Positions 44,910 to 57,131 are shown, counted from the stretch's first letter. The stretch: DNA of 64,000 nt from Patescibacteria group bacterium (GCA_041662625.1 JBAZSB010000002.1:12024-76023), one strand, 5' to 3'. The notes: generated by a model from the sequence alone, not told the origin. Translations and numbers: made by a program.

Positions 44910-47204
44910 CTAACTTTGCTCCTCCTCATCCTCTTCAAAGTCTTCTTCCTCTTCTTCAATTTCATCATCAGAAGTATTTTCTATTGTATCACCATCAAAG
45001 TGATTTATCAAAACTTCCCTGGGTTTAGCGCCGTCACCGGGCCCAATCACTCCCTGCTCTTCCAATAAATCCAAAATTCTGGCTGCCCGGGCATAGCCAA
45101 TCCGCAACCGGCGCTGCAAAAGCGAGGCGGAAGCTTTTTTTGCCCGGACAATGACTTCTTTGGCTTCGGGCAACAAAGGATCACCATCTTCAATATCGCC
45201 AGAAAAATTTGAGGCCTCGCTGAAACCAGTTTGCTGCTTTTCCACCACTTCTTCAATATAGTCGGGCTTCGAGCGGTCTTTAAGATACTCAGTGACCCGC
45301 TTAATTTCGTCATCAGAGGCAAAAGCACCCTGGAGCCGTTTGGGTTTGGAAATTTCCGCGGAGATGTAAAGCATATCACCTTTACCCAGTAATTTTTCCG
45401 CTCCTGACATATCCAAAATCGTCCGGGAATCAACTAGTGAAGCAACCGAAAAAGCCACCCGCGAAGTAATGTTGGCTTTGATTAACCCGGTCAAAACATC
45501 AACTGATGGCCGTTGCGTTGCTAAAACTAAATGGATACCGACCGCCCGCGACATCTGCGCCAGCCGGACAATAGCGGCTTCCACTTCAGCGCCGGCGCTG
45601 GCCATCAAATCGGCCAGCTCATCAATCACAAAAACAATATAAGGCATTTTATCAGCCGCCTCATTATTATAACTTTCAATATTGCGATGATGAGAAGCGG
45701 CTAAAGTATCAAAGCGCTTTTCCATTTCTTTAATCGTCCAGCGCAAAGCGTTAATCGTTTTTCGGACGTCAATAATCACCGGCGTCAATAAATGGGGAAT
45801 ACTATTATAAATCGGCAGCTCCACCCGTTTAGGATCAACCATGATAAATTTTAAATCGCCCGGCCCATTTTCAAACAGTAAAGTTAAAATAATTGAATTG
45901 ATACAAACACTTTTTCCTGAACCGGTGGCACCAGCAATCAAAAGATGGGGCATCTTGGCTAAATCCGCCAGCCACGGCCGGCCCATGACATCTTTACCCA
46001 AAGCAACAGTCAAATTAGTTTTTCGGCCCTTGAATGGTTCACTACTAATAATATCTTTCAGCGGAACAATGGCGGCGGCTTGGTTGGGAACTTCCACGCC
46101 CACCAAAGACCGGCCGGGAATCGGGGCTTCGATCCGAATCGGATGCGCCGCCAAAGCCAAAGCTAAATTATCGGCTAAAGCAGTAATGCGGGACAGTTTA
46201 ACACCTTCGGCCGGTTTCAAAGTATACTGGGTCACGGTTGGTCCGACCTGGGCCTCCCCCATTTCCACTCTAATCCCAAAGTTCTCTAGCGTCTTTTCAA
46301 TAATCATTTTGTTGGCTTTGAGATCACCACCATTGGGGGTAGTGGTTTTACCGGTCAATAAATCAAGTGGTAAATCAATTTTGGTTTGTTTAAATTTGCT
46401 GACGCCAAGATCCAGCTGCCGATCTTCTTTTTCTTCCTCACTTTCTTGCACTTGGGCCCGATGGCCACTGCCAGCCTGTTCCACTTCAACTTCATGCTGA
46501 GAAAAATTTAATTCCTCTTCTTCCGGCTCAGGCTCAGGTGGTTCAATTTGAGATCTTTCTCTTTGGGCCTGAACCTTACGAATCTTGCGCTGGGTAAAAG
46601 AATCTCTAATTCTGCTAATCCAAGAATCTGCTTCTTCATCCTCCTCTTCTTCTGCTTGGTCGCGTCTTTTTTCCAAAAGATTAATTAAATAGGATTCAAA
46701 AAGCAAAATAAAACCAATAATGGTTAAAGCCAGTAAAACGACTAGGGCCGCCCAAAAACCCATCAGCCTCAAAAAAAGCCAGGCTAAAACTAAACCAGAA
46801 TAACCACCGCCCAAACCAATCTTAGCGGCTTCGACCAAATCGTCTGCATGGAAAACTAAATGGACTAAGCCATTAAAACTGAAAATAAAAAGAAAAAGAC
46901 CAAGCACATTTGAAGTCTTAAACTCATATTTGGCTGGCCGGAGTAAAAAATAACCAACTATTATCAAAACTACGGGCAAATACCAGCGAACGGCGCCAAA
47001 CAAAATCTTCAAAAAACTGTTGAGATAAACGCCAAGTGTTCCGGCTAAATTAAAAAGACTTAAAATTGCCACTGCGCCAAAAGCTAAAAGTAAAACAATA
47101 AGGATGCCGCGCTTGGTTTCACTAGAGACTTGAAAACCCGGCCGGCTGAAATCCAGGTCGCGTAAACCTTTGATCCTTTGAATTTTTCGTTTTCGTTGCG
47201 CCAT
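44910..47204 (-). CDS. ftsK: DNA translocase FtsK/SpoIIIE
   Basis: N-terminal 4 TM, an acidic linker, a motor domain with HLLIAGATGSGKSV Walker A, and a C-terminal gamma winged helix (SLLQRRLRIGYARAARILDLLEEQGVIGP). Confidence 0.9.
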   Translation of the reverse strand: MAQRKRKIQRIKGLRDLDFSRPGFQVSSETKRGILIVLLLAFGAVAILSLFNLAGTLGVYLNSFLKILFGAVRWYLPVVLIIVGYFLLRPAKYEFKTSNVLGLFLFIFSFNGLVHLVFHADDLVEAAKIGLGGGYSGLVLAWLFLRLMGFWAALVVLLALTIIGFILLFESYLINLLEKRRDQAEEEEDEEADSWISRIRDSFTQRKIRKVQAQRERSQIEPPEPEPEEEELNFSQHEVEVEQAGSGHRAQVQESEEEKEDRQLDLGVSKFKQTKIDLPLDLLTGKTTTPNGGDLKANKMIIEKTLENFGIRVEMGEAQVGPTVTQYTLKPAEGVKLSRITALADNLALALAAHPIRIEAPIPGRSLVGVEVPNQAAAIVPLKDIISSEPFKGRKTNLTVALGKDVMGRPWLADLAKMPHLLIAGATGSGKSVCINSIILTLLFENGPGDLKFIMVDPKRVELPIYNSIPHLLTPVIIDVRKTINALRWTIKEMEKRFDTLAASHHRNIESYNNEAADKMPYIVFVIDELADLMASAGAEVEAAIVRLAQMSRAVGIHLVLATQRPSVDVLTGLIKANITSRVAFSVASLVDSRTILDMSGAEKLLGKGDMLYISAEISKPKRLQGAFASDDEIKRVTEYLKDRSKPDYIEEVVEKQQTGFSEASNFSGDIEDGDPLLPEAKEVIVRAKKASASLLQRRLRIGYARAARILDLLEEQGVIGPGDGAKPREVLINHFDGDTIENTSDDEIEEEEEDFEEDEEEQS

Positions 47205-47384
47205 ATTTAGTTAACCAATCCTCAAATAATAGTAAACACTTGATGATATATATTTTAGCATATTTTGTCGGATAAATCATCAGTTGTTGATTTCGTGACT
47301 TTTCCTTATAACAAAGCACCCACCTGAGGTGGGCGCTATGTTGATTCTATCTAATAGATTATATTAACTCTCTAACTTTATCGT

Positions 47385-50300
47385 TTATTTTTCTTCCAGC
47401 TTAAATCCAGTACCAGCCGGAATTAACCGACCAATGATAACATTTTCCTTAAGGCCTTTCAGGTGATCAATTCGGCCTTCGACTGCGGCATTAATTAAGA
47501 CCCGCGAAGTTTCTTGGAAAGAAGCCGCCGACAAAAAGCTGGAGGTTGATAAAGAAACTTTGGAAATACCCAAAAGTAATTCTTCACCAACTGCCGACTG
47601 CGCCTCTTTCTTTTTAAGTGACGAGTTAGCTTCATCAAGTTCATCTTTTTCAATTCTTTGACCTTCTAAAAGTTGGGTGTCACCGATTTTATTAACTAAA
47701 ACCCGGGAAAACATCTGCCGGACAATTAATTCAATATGACGATTATCTAATTTCTGACCTTGGGAGGAATAAATAGTTTGAATTTCATCCACCACATACC
47801 TCTGGGTCTCTGCTTTACCTTTAAGGTGATAAAGCTGCTTTAAATCCAAACTGCCATTAGTCAAAGCATCACCTTTAGTAATCAAATCGCCATCGGCCAC
47901 TAACAAATTAAATTCGGGCGGGATCTTATAAACTTGTGATTTCTTCTCTTTGACTGAAATAATAATTTTGTCTTCTTCCAATTTAACAGTGCCATCCTGT
48001 TTAGCTAAGACTTTTTCTCCATCCTCATTAGTAAATAAAAGTTCACCCTTTTTAATCTTCTGTTTATTCTTGGCGGCAATTTTTACCTTAGCTTTGTCTT
48101 TAGCCTTTAAGGGATAAGTATCTTGATCAACATGTTCATAAAAAACTTTAATTACCTTAAACCGATTCAGACCGGATTCTTTTTTCGGTTCTTCAATTTT
48201 AACGGTACCATCAACTTCGGAGACAAAAGCTCGTCTTTTTGGCGGCCTGGCCTCAAAAATTTCCTCAACTCGAGGCAAACCTTGGGTAATATCTAATCCC
48301 GCCACACCACCAGTATGAAAAGTTCTCATCGTCAGCTGCGTTCCCGGCTCACCAATACTTTGAGCGGCAATAATTCCAACCGCTGTCCCCATGGCGACTG
48401 GCTTATTGTAAGCCAGATCCCAGCCGTAACATTTCTGGCAAATTCCCCGGTGGGTTTTACAAGCCATAACTGACCGCACTTTGATTTCGGCTAGATCTAA
48501 TTGTTTCAAAACTGCAACTTTTTCAGAATTAATTAAATCCCCTTTATTAATAATTACTTTTTTAGTTTTGGGATCAACAATTTTTTCCGCAATATAGCGA
48601 CCCTTTACCCGATCAATTAAATTCAAATTAATGGCTTCGCTGGCTTTTTTGGTCAATACTACCCCTTCAGTATCACCGCAATCTTTTTCATTAATCACCA
48701 AATCCTGCGAAACATCAACTAGCCGCCGCGTCAAATAGCCAGCATTAGCTGTTCTTAAGGCGGTGTCGGATAAACCTTTTCGGGCACCATGGGTAGAAAT
48801 GAAGTATTCCAACACATCAAAACCTTCTTTGAAATTACCTTTGACCGGTAATTCAATAATATCACCAGCCGGATTGGTCACTAAGCCCTTCATTCCAACG
48901 ATTTGAATCAACTGACTCCAACTCCCACGAGCGCCTGACTCAACCATGGTAAAAATTGGCCCATAGGGATCAAGAGTATTTTGACTCATTTTGACAATTT
49001 TATCCTTAATATTCATCCAAATCTCAATGATTTTGGTATGACGTTCACTGTCAGTGAGCAGCCCGGAATTATATTGATTTTCCACTTCTTCCACTTCTTG
49101 CTCACCAGATGTAATCACCTCTTTTTTACCAGCAATTTTAGGCACATCATCCATCCCCCAAGAATAACCCGACTGAGTCAGATATTTAAAGCCTAAATTT
49201 TTAATTTTATCCAACAGGTGGGCCACTTCGATTTCATCATATTTTTCCAAAAATTCAGAAACCATTTGGCGTAAGCTTTTACTATCCACGACGCTGTTTT
49301 GAAATGGATAATCATCGGGCAAAACTTGATTAAAAATCAGGCGGCCAACTGAAGTTTCATAAAGTTTGTCTTTGAACCCAACTGATTTCAATTTCTTTTC
49401 CAACCAGCTGCCAGGACGAACCCTGATGGTTTGCTGAATTTTAATTTTTTGCAAGTTGTAAGCTAAAATTGCTTCATCACAATCGGCAAAAATTTTGACT
49501 TTATCATCTTTAGCGTTTTGAATCAAAGTTAAATAATGACAGCCCCAGACTATATCTTTGGTCGGCCGGGCGACAGGATCACCAGTGGCTGGTTTCAAAA
49601 TATTACGTGAGGCAATCATCAAGTTAGCGGCTTCCCATTTAGCCTTCTCGGTTAATGGCACATGAACTGCCATCTGGTCACCATCAAAATCAGCATTAAA
49701 AGCCTCGCAAACCATAGGGTGAATTTGAATGGCTTTACCCTCAATCAAAACTGGCTTGAAAGCTTGAATCCCTAAACGATGGAGGGTAGGAGCACGATTA
49801 AGTAAGACGTGGGCGTCTTTAACAATATTTTCTAAAATATCCCAGACTTCGTTGCGGCCCGATTCAATAAAACGATTGGCACTTCGGACATTATGGACGT
49901 ATTCTTGCTGAATTAATTTACTGATGACAAAAGGCTTAAATAATTCTAAAGCCATTCGTTTGGGCAAGCCACACTCATAAATTTTCAATTTTGGTCCAAC
50001 AACAATCACGCTGCGGCCAGAATAGTCGATTCTTTTACCTAATAAATTTTGACGAAATCGGCCTTGCTTACCTTTCAAAATATCAGCCAAAGACTTAAGC
50101 ATCCGCTTCTGACCGGTGGAAGCCACCACCGTTTTGCCGTGGCGGGCCGAGTTATCAATCAAAGCATCAACTGCTTCCTGTAACATTCTTTTTTCATTCC
50201 GACAAATTACTTCAGGCGCATTTAATTCTTTTAATTGTTTCAACCGATTATTCCGATTGATAATGCGCCGATATAAATCATTAAGGTCAGAAGTAGCAAA

Positions 50301-51302
50301 ACGGCCGCCATCCAAAGGAACCATTGGCCGCAGGTCGGGCGGGATAACGGGCACACTTACTAAAATCATCCACTCGGGCCGGATTTTATTTTTCAAAAAA
50401 TTCTTGGCTAGTCTGAGCTGCTTTAAAAGTTTATCTTTTTGCGGCGTTTCGTTGCCTTCAATTTGCTGCTCTAATTCCGCCACTAGTTTTTCCAAATTAA
50501 TTTTTTCTAGCAGGCGCCTGACACCATCGCCGCCAATATCAGCCTCAAAGATATGGCCGTATTTCAAAGATAAATCTTGATAAACATGCTCAGAAATAAT
50601 TCTTAAAGGCTTTAAATCTTTGAGCTCTTGCTCGGCCAGGCGCAAAATCTGTTCCAACTCTTTAGTCTTTTCCTTGCGGGAATCGTCCAAAGCCACCATT
50701 TCCTTCTCGGGATCACTGCTTGATCCGCCCTTACCTTTGGTCTCTTCTTTGTTTGTTTGGCCGGCTCGGCTTTTGATTAAATTTAATTGATGATTAAAAT
50801 CACTTTCAATTTTTTTCTTTTTAACTTTAAATTCCTGACGAATTTGCTCCAAAGTTTCTTTTTTCAAATCTTCATTAACTTCAGTAATAATAAAATCGGC
50901 AAAATAAATTACTTTTTCTAAGGCTTGCGGTGACAAATTTAAAATCAAACCAATTTTAGAAGGCACACCGCGTAAAAACCAAATGTGGGAACAGGGGGCG
51001 GCTAAATCAATGTGGCCCATCCGTTCGCGTCTGACCACCGAACGAGTGACTTCCACACCGCATTTATCGCAGACAATACCTTTATAGCGGATTTTTTTGT
51101 ATTTACCGCAATAACATTCCCAGTCTTTGGAAGGTCCAAAGATTCTTTCGCAAAATAAACCATCCTTCTCAGGTTTCTGAGTTCGATAATTAATAGTTTC
51201 CGGCTTAGTCACTTCCCCAAAAGACCAATCATGAATCTGATCGGGCGAAGCTAAACTCAGCCTTAAAGCGTCAAAATCAATTACACTTTTTTCTTCGACC
51301 AT
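47385..51302 (-). CDS. rpoC: DNA-directed RNA polymerase subunit beta'
   Basis: 1305 aa; zinc-finger CYCGKYKKIRYKGIVCDKCGVEV, the NADFDGDQM catalytic motif, and the trigger loop and bridge helix regions. Confidence 0.97.
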   Translation of the reverse strand: MVEEKSVIDFDALRLSLASPDQIHDWSFGEVTKPETINYRTQKPEKDGLFCERIFGPSKDWECYCGKYKKIRYKGIVCDKCGVEVTRSVVRRERMGHIDLAAPCSHIWFLRGVPSKIGLILNLSPQALEKVIYFADFIITEVNEDLKKETLEQIRQEFKVKKKKIESDFNHQLNLIKSRAGQTNKEETKGKGGSSSDPEKEMVALDDSRKEKTKELEQILRLAEQELKDLKPLRIISEHVYQDLSLKYGHIFEADIGGDGVRRLLEKINLEKLVAELEQQIEGNETPQKDKLLKQLRLAKNFLKNKIRPEWMILVSVPVIPPDLRPMVPLDGGRFATSDLNDLYRRIINRNNRLKQLKELNAPEVICRNEKRMLQEAVDALIDNSARHGKTVVASTGQKRMLKSLADILKGKQGRFRQNLLGKRIDYSGRSVIVVGPKLKIYECGLPKRMALELFKPFVISKLIQQEYVHNVRSANRFIESGRNEVWDILENIVKDAHVLLNRAPTLHRLGIQAFKPVLIEGKAIQIHPMVCEAFNADFDGDQMAVHVPLTEKAKWEAANLMIASRNILKPATGDPVARPTKDIVWGCHYLTLIQNAKDDKVKIFADCDEAILAYNLQKIKIQQTIRVRPGSWLEKKLKSVGFKDKLYETSVGRLIFNQVLPDDYPFQNSVVDSKSLRQMVSEFLEKYDEIEVAHLLDKIKNLGFKYLTQSGYSWGMDDVPKIAGKKEVITSGEQEVEEVENQYNSGLLTDSERHTKIIEIWMNIKDKIVKMSQNTLDPYGPIFTMVESGARGSWSQLIQIVGMKGLVTNPAGDIIELPVKGNFKEGFDVLEYFISTHGARKGLSDTALRTANAGYLTRRLVDVSQDLVINEKDCGDTEGVVLTKKASEAINLNLIDRVKGRYIAEKIVDPKTKKVIINKGDLINSEKVAVLKQLDLAEIKVRSVMACKTHRGICQKCYGWDLAYNKPVAMGTAVGIIAAQSIGEPGTQLTMRTFHTGGVAGLDITQGLPRVEEIFEARPPKRRAFVSEVDGTVKIEEPKKESGLNRFKVIKVFYEHVDQDTYPLKAKDKAKVKIAAKNKQKIKKGELLFTNEDGEKVLAKQDGTVKLEEDKIIISVKEKKSQVYKIPPEFNLLVADGDLITKGDALTNGSLDLKQLYHLKGKAETQRYVVDEIQTIYSSQGQKLDNRHIELIVRQMFSRVLVNKIGDTQLLEGQRIEKDELDEANSSLKKKEAQSAVGEELLLGISKVSLSTSSFLSAASFQETSRVLINAAVEGRIDHLKGLKENVIIGRLIPAGTGFKLEEK

Positions 51303-51341
51303 ACCCGGTTATAAATTTAATGATTATTATTTACTATTAAT

Positions 51342-54300
51342 TTAACTTTTGGCTGCTTTTTCCTTTTTGTCTGCCTTAGATGTTAATTCCTCGGCCTGAT
51401 CTTTTGCTCCATCAGCTTCTTCTACCAATTCAGTCAAAACTGAAGTTGCCACTGGTTTATTTTCCTTAATTAATTCGATATTTAAACATAAACCATTTAA
51501 TTCACGCAGCAAAACATTAAATGACTCGGGAATATTTAATCGCCGAATCGGTTCACCCTTAATAATTGATTCGTAAGCTTTTGATCGGCCCGGCACATCA
51601 TCGGATTTGATTGTTAAAATCTCTTGCAAAGTATTAGCCGCCCCATAAGCTTCCAAAGCCCAAACTTCCATTTCACCAAACCGCTGACCGCCAAACTGAG
51701 CTTTACCACCCAAGGGCTGCTGAGTAATTAATGAGTAAGGACCAATTGACCGTTGGTGAATCTTATCTTCCACCATGTGATTTAATTTCATTATGTAAAT
51801 TTTGCCAACTGTTACCGGCTGCTCAAAGGCTTCGCCTGTTCGACCATCATAAACCGTCATTTTGCCATCGGGGGAAAAACCTGCTTTTTGGAGTTCTTGC
51901 TTGATTTGTTCCTCATTCATCCCATTTAAAACCGGCGTGGCCACCCGATAACCTAATTTATCAGCAGCTAACCCCAAATGAGTTTCCAAAATCTGACCTA
52001 AGTTCATCCGCGAAACTACCCCTAATGGACTTAAAATTATATCAACTGGCTTACCATCTTTTAGAAACGGCATATCTTCTAGCGGCAGAACGACAGAAAC
52101 TACACCTTTATTACCATGGCGACCGGCCATTTTATCACCCACTTGAATTTTCCGTAAGTTGGCAATAGAAACTTGGTACATCTTAATTACACCAGATGGC
52201 AACTTGTCGCCGCCTTCGCGGGTGAATAATTTGATATCAACAACTTTACCTTTTTCACCATGTTCCAAATAAAGAGAACTATCACGAACATCCCGGGCTT
52301 TCTCACCAAAAATTGCCCGGAGTAATTTTTCTTCAGCGGAAAGTTCAGTTTCACCTTTTGGCGTAATCTTACCGACTAAAATATCACCGGAAGAAACTGC
52401 CGCGCCAATTCGCACGACCCCTTCGGCATCTAAATCTTTGAGTTTTTCTTCACCAATATTAGGGATATCGGAAGTGACTAATTCCGGTCCTAATTTAGTA
52501 TCACGGACTTCAACCTGAAAATCTTCAATATAAATAGAAGTATAACGATCCTCTTGGACAACTCGCTCGGAAACAATGATGGCATCTTCATAGTTATAGC
52601 CTTCCCAAGCCATAAAGGCGACAGTAATATTTTGGCCCAAAGACAATTCACCATGATCGGTGGCTGGCCCATCGGCTAAAACATCACCTTTCTTAACTTC
52701 CTGGCCTTTTTGGACAACTGGTCTTTGATTAATACAAGTTGAAGCATTGGAACGGATAAATTTATTAAGCCGATAACGTTTCAGTCCACCGCTGTTTTCT
52801 AAAATTTGAATCCGATCGGCTTGGACTTCGGCGATTTTACCATCAGCCTGACAAACAATAACATGGCCTGAATCACAAGCCGCTTTTTCTTCCAAACCCG
52901 TACCAACGATTGGGGCTTGGGGATTAATACAGGGCACGGCCTGACGTTGCATGTTCGAACCCATCAAGGCGCGAACGGCATCATCATGTTCCAAAAATGG
53001 AATTAGGGAAGTGGCCACACTGACAATTTGATTCGGGGCCACATCCATATAATCAATAACATCAACGTGTTCAATTTCTGGCTCACCATACTTTCTGACT
53101 TCGGCGCGCTCAACCAAAAAATAGCCCTTTTCGTCAATCGGCGTAGTGGCGGCAGTGGTGATTGAATTTTCACTCTGAAAAGCGGTTAAATAAATTACCT
53201 CATCAGTTACCCTTGGCTTCAGGGGAACTTTTTTGAGGCTTTTAATTTTTTCTATTTGCTTAGCTGATTTCGAAGTAATAATTTCACCAGCCTTAACGAT
53301 AACTTCTTTAGTGGCTGGATCACTAATATCTTGCCGGGCAATTTCCTCTTGGGTTTCCACTGCGTCATTGTTGACGTCATGTTTGACTTTCCGAAAAGGA
53401 GTTTCAATAAATCCGTATTCATTAACTTTGGCGTAAGTGGCCAAGTGGCCGACTAAACCGATATTTGGACCTTCGGGAGTGGCAATCGGGCAAATCCGGC
53501 CGTAGTGAGTCGGATGCACATCGCGGACATCAAATCCAGCGCGTTCCCGCGAAAGACCGCCCGGACCCATGGCTGATAACCGACGCTTATGTTCCAGCTC
53601 GGCCAAAGGATTAGTTTGGTCCATAAACTGAGATAACTGCGAAGACATGAAAAACTCTTTAACTGCACCAATAACCGGCCGGGCATTAATCAAACGATTA
53701 GGATTAATTTCGGCCACATCCAAAGTGCTCATTCTGTCTTTGACAATTCTTTCCATTCGAGCTAAACCAATACGAAATTTGTTTTGGACTAGTTCACCAA
53801 TAGCCCGAACGCGCCGATTACCCAAATGATCAATATCATCAGGTTCTTTTTGAGAAATATTAAGTTTGATAATTTCGGAAGTGACATTAACCAAATCTTC
53901 CAGTCTTAAAACCCGGTTTTCCTTGGTGATGGGCAAATCCTGACTAAAACGCTGATTAATTTTATAACGGCCGACTTTACCAAAATCATAACGGTCAAAA
54001 TTAAAAAACATGGCATAAATTAAAGATTTCGCATTATCAACTGTCGCCAAATCGCCGGGACGAATTCTTTTATAAACTTCGATCAAACCTTCACTCTCGT
54101 TACCAGTGGCATCTTTGGCTAATGTATTTTTGATGTAAGAAATTTCTGGATGAGTATCAACGTTTTTAAAAAGTTCTAAAATTTCTTCATCATTACTATG
54201 ACCGAAAGCCCGGAGTAATGCCGTCACGGCAATTTTTCTTTTGCGATCAATTTTAACCCAAATGACATTATTGATATCAGTTTCAAATTCTAACCAGGAA

Positions 54301-54788
54301 CCGCGATTAGGAATTATCTTTGCCCCATAATAACGCCGCTCACCAAAAACTTCTGAGGTAAAGAAAATCCCAGCTGATCTAATTAACTGGGAAACCACGG
54401 CTCGCTCAATGCCATTAATGATAAAAGTGCCCCGGTCAGTCATCAAAGGAAAATCACCCAGATACACTTCTTGCTCAATTTCTTTATTTAATTTTTTGTT
54501 AACTAATTTACCAACAACGCGTAAAGGGGCTTCATAACTTAAATTTTTTTCTTTACTGGTGACTTCGTCAAATTTCGGTTCGTCCAAATAATATTTACCA
54601 AAATATAATTCCAAATCACGGCCAATAAAATCACGGATCGGCGAAACTTCTTCAAACAGCTCTGACAAGCCGTGATCTAAAAACCATTTATAAGAATCCT
54701 TCTGGACTTCAATCAAATCAGGCATCGGTACGGCTGGCCGAAGAGTGGTGAAAACCTTTCTCTTTGAAGTTGAGGTTTTGGTGGTCAT
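51342..54788 (-). CDS. rpoB: DNA-directed RNA polymerase subunit beta
   Basis: 1148 aa; GNRRVR, the rifampicin-cluster region ([13 protein letters not shown]), and [12 protein letters not shown]. Confidence 0.97.
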   Translation of the reverse strand: MTTKTSTSKRKVFTTLRPAVPMPDLIEVQKDSYKWFLDHGLSELFEEVSPIRDFIGRDLELYFGKYYLDEPKFDEVTSKEKNLSYEAPLRVVGKLVNKKLNKEIEQEVYLGDFPLMTDRGTFIINGIERAVVSQLIRSAGIFFTSEVFGERRYYGAKIIPNRGSWLEFETDINNVIWVKIDRKRKIAVTALLRAFGHSNDEEILELFKNVDTHPEISYIKNTLAKDATGNESEGLIEVYKRIRPGDLATVDNAKSLIYAMFFNFDRYDFGKVGRYKINQRFSQDLPITKENRVLRLEDLVNVTSEIIKLNISQKEPDDIDHLGNRRVRAIGELVQNKFRIGLARMERIVKDRMSTLDVAEINPNRLINARPVIGAVKEFFMSSQLSQFMDQTNPLAELEHKRRLSAMGPGGLSRERAGFDVRDVHPTHYGRICPIATPEGPNIGLVGHLATYAKVNEYGFIETPFRKVKHDVNNDAVETQEEIARQDISDPATKEVIVKAGEIITSKSAKQIEKIKSLKKVPLKPRVTDEVIYLTAFQSENSITTAATTPIDEKGYFLVERAEVRKYGEPEIEHVDVIDYMDVAPNQIVSVATSLIPFLEHDDAVRALMGSNMQRQAVPCINPQAPIVGTGLEEKAACDSGHVIVCQADGKIAEVQADRIQILENSGGLKRYRLNKFIRSNASTCINQRPVVQKGQEVKKGDVLADGPATDHGELSLGQNITVAFMAWEGYNYEDAIIVSERVVQEDRYTSIYIEDFQVEVRDTKLGPELVTSDIPNIGEEKLKDLDAEGVVRIGAAVSSGDILVGKITPKGETELSAEEKLLRAIFGEKARDVRDSSLYLEHGEKGKVVDIKLFTREGGDKLPSGVIKMYQVSIANLRKIQVGDKMAGRHGNKGVVSVVLPLEDMPFLKDGKPVDIILSPLGVVSRMNLGQILETHLGLAADKLGYRVATPVLNGMNEEQIKQELQKAGFSPDGKMTVYDGRTGEAFEQPVTVGKIYIMKLNHMVEDKIHQRSIGPYSLITQQPLGGKAQFGGQRFGEMEVWALEAYGAANTLQEILTIKSDDVPGRSKAYESIIKGEPIRRLNIPESFNVLLRELNGLCLNIELIKENKPVATSVLTELVEEADGAKDQAEELTSKADKKEKAAKS

Positions 54789-55152
54789 AGTTAATTTAGA
54801 TCTCCGGAAAAAACAACAAAAATCTCTCCCAACCCCTAAGCGGGAAGCGAGTTGATTTTTTTGTTTTTAGTTTTGAGAAAAAAAGAAGCCCACTATGTTT
54901 GTTTTTAAAATCAATGCGTTAGTTCGAATAGCGGGAATTTTTTAAATCGCCATTTAATGGAAATTAACTTGTCAATATTATCATAATTCCAAGGCCTTGT
55001 CAAATGTTTTCTCCTTTTATAATACGATTAATACCAATTTGGCTAAATTTAGCTAAAAAAATTCAAAAAAATAAAGACTTATCCACAATTTTTCCCACTA
55101 GCCACCTAAGGGTTAATTTTTGGGTAACCAAAAATGATGAACAATAAGTTGA

Positions 55153-55410
55153 TTAAAAATTTGGTTTTTTGGGTTTTTGCCGGGGCAGACTGTTAAATGT
55201 TTCGGGTTTTTCCACAATTCGATCCAAAACTGGATTAGGTGGCGCCCCAACATTTTTAATGGTCCGCAGACTAGTTTCTGTTGCCAAGGCAACGCCCGTA
55301 CAACCCAAAGCCCAGGCTAAATAATCCTGGGAACCCAAAAGATGGTTTATTCCTAAACCAATACCCACGCCAATGATGGTGGCTAAAATAATTCGCGACC
55401 AATAATCCAT
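55153..55410 (-). CDS. Small membrane protein
   Basis: 85 aa with two hydrophobic helices; weak evidence. Confidence 0.3.
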   Translation of the reverse strand: MDYWSRIILATIIGVGIGLGINHLLGSQDYLAWALGCTGVALATETSLRTIKNVGAPPNPVLDRIVEKPETFNSLPRQKPKKPNF

Positions 55411-55499
55411 AGGCTAAATTATAATTTTTAATTATTAATTTTGAATCAATTTTGAATATTCAAATATTAAAATATTGAATCAAAATTCGAATTTCAAAA

Positions 55500-56831
55500 T
55501 TAATAATTATAATTGCTATCTTTTAACTTTTTCAATTCTTCTCTAACAATTGCCCGGTCATCCCAGGGAATATTTTTATCCCCAACCACCATGGCTTGCT
55601 CACAACCCTTACCGGTAATCAAAACTAAATCATCAGGCCCAGCTAAACTCAAGGCTTTAGAAATTGCTTCCCGGCGATCTAAAATTTTAAATAAATTTTG
55701 ATTAATGATTTTGCCCTCTTCAATTGCTCCGGCCGCGACCTGATCAATAATGGTTTGCGGATCGTCATCATAGGGATCTTCATTAGTGACAATTACCAAA
55801 TCAGCTTTTTGGCCAGCCAACTGGCCAAGTTTGGGTCGGCGGGCAATATCCCTTCCGCCACCGGTTGAACCTAAAACCTGAATCACTTTCTGATGCGGAA
55901 TTAATTTAACAATATCATAGAGAGCACCAACCGCCTTTGGTTCATAAGCATAGTCAACAATTATTTTAAACGCTTGGCCTTCACTAATAAATTCAATGCG
56001 ACCCGGTATCCCCTCAATTGTCCCAAGGCTTTTAGCCATACTGGCCAAACTTAAACCTTGCGATAAACCAATGGTGATAGCGGCTAAAGAATTATAAATA
56101 TTATGTTGGCCAAAAAGTTTAAACTCAAAAATTTGACGGTCGATGACAAACTCAATGCCATCGGCTGTAACTTTTTGATTTTCTGCCCGAATGACTCGGC
56201 CCTGATTGGTGGACTTATTAGTCAGAGTAAAAACTAATTTTTCTTCCGCCCAATTATTTAAAAAGTCATTAACATTTTCATCGTCCAAATTTGCAATGAT
56301 AGTCTTTTTAATTTTTTGACCACTAATTAATTTTGGTGAATCATTTTTAAGCTTTTTAAATAATTTTAATTTAGCATTTTTATAGTTAGCAAACCCACCA
56401 TGGGCCTCGATATGCTCCGGGTATAAATTAGTAAAAACTAAAATATCATAATTAATACCTAAATGGCGAAATTGCTCAATGCCCTGGGAAGTCGTTTCAA
56501 TCACCGCATACTGACAATTGAATTTGACCATCTGCTTAATTAATTTCTGCAAAGCCAACCGGCCAACCATTGTCATCTTTTTATTATTCAGCCACTCTTT
56601 TCTATCCACCTGAAAAAAGAAAGTTGAAGCCGCCCCCACTTTATAACCGGCTTTTTCTAAAATTTTAGTAATCAAATAAACGACACTTGATTTGCCCGAA
56701 GTTCCGGTAACACCAATCACAATGAGTTTATCAGACGGTGAACCATAAAAAAAATTAGCGGCAATTGCCAGAGTATAATGGTAAGCCTTAATGAAAGGTT
56801 TAGGAATTATTTTACGCAGAAAAGTTAACAT
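55500..56831 (-). CDS. Mur ligase family protein, MurE-like UDP-N-acetylmuramoyl-tripeptide ligase
   Basis: P-loop VIGVTGTSGKSS, the central domain, and the C-terminal GKGCEQAMVVGDKNIPWDDRAIVREEL matching the Mur C-terminal block (GKGHE.yQ...k.pF.Dre.vreaL). Confidence 0.65.
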   Translation of the reverse strand: MLTFLRKIIPKPFIKAYHYTLAIAANFFYGSPSDKLIVIGVTGTSGKSSVVYLITKILEKAGYKVGAASTFFFQVDRKEWLNNKKMTMVGRLALQKLIKQMVKFNCQYAVIETTSQGIEQFRHLGINYDILVFTNLYPEHIEAHGGFANYKNAKLKLFKKLKNDSPKLISGQKIKKTIIANLDDENVNDFLNNWAEEKLVFTLTNKSTNQGRVIRAENQKVTADGIEFVIDRQIFEFKLFGQHNIYNSLAAITIGLSQGLSLASMAKSLGTIEGIPGRIEFISEGQAFKIIVDYAYEPKAVGALYDIVKLIPHQKVIQVLGSTGGGRDIARRPKLGQLAGQKADLVIVTNEDPYDDDPQTIIDQVAAGAIEEGKIINQNLFKILDRREAISKALSLAGPDDLVLITGKGCEQAMVVGDKNIPWDDRAIVREELKKLKDSNYNY

Positions 56832-56846
56832 AGAAAATTATGTATT

Positions 56847-56910
56847 AAGAATTATAAATTCAGAATTGTCACCCTGAATTTATTTCAGAATCTCTGAATT
56901 TATAATTCTT
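56847..56910. repeat. Perfect 18-bp inverted repeat (AAGAATTATAAATTCAGA) enclosing a REP-like arm (copy 3 of the family)
   Basis: aagaattataaattcagaa TTGTCACCCTGAATTTATTTCAGAATC tctgaatttataattctt. Confidence 0.7.
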
Positions 56911-57056
56911 GGTTGCTACTACAATTCTACCACCTTGATAGTCTTTCCGGCAAACTAGGCAGGTTTTAGATCTGACCAAAAATACTTTGCTTTTTAGGCC
57001 ATTTTCTAGCCTAATTAAACCCTTTTCTGACTTATTAACTTATCCCCTGCCTCATC

Positions 57057-57116
57057 TTGACAGGGGTTTTTGTTTTAAGGTATACTATCAATATATTGAT
57101 ATCAATATATTGATAG
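57057..57116 (+). promoter_or_regulatory. Sigma70-type promoter (TTGACA-18-TATACT) with an overlapping double palindromic operator
   Basis: ttgaca ggggtttttgttttaagg tatact followed by CTATCAATATATTGATA TCAATATATTGATAG. The 18-mer CTATCAATATATTGATAG is self-complementary and is present as two overlapping copies. Confidence 0.65.
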
Positions 57117-57131
57117 AGCAGGGGACCATGA

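Noticed and set aside
45047-46500. ORFs 45047..45433 (-) and 45841..46500 (+) inside ftsK
   Set aside because: Nested in alternative frames of a clearly recognised FtsK coding sequence.
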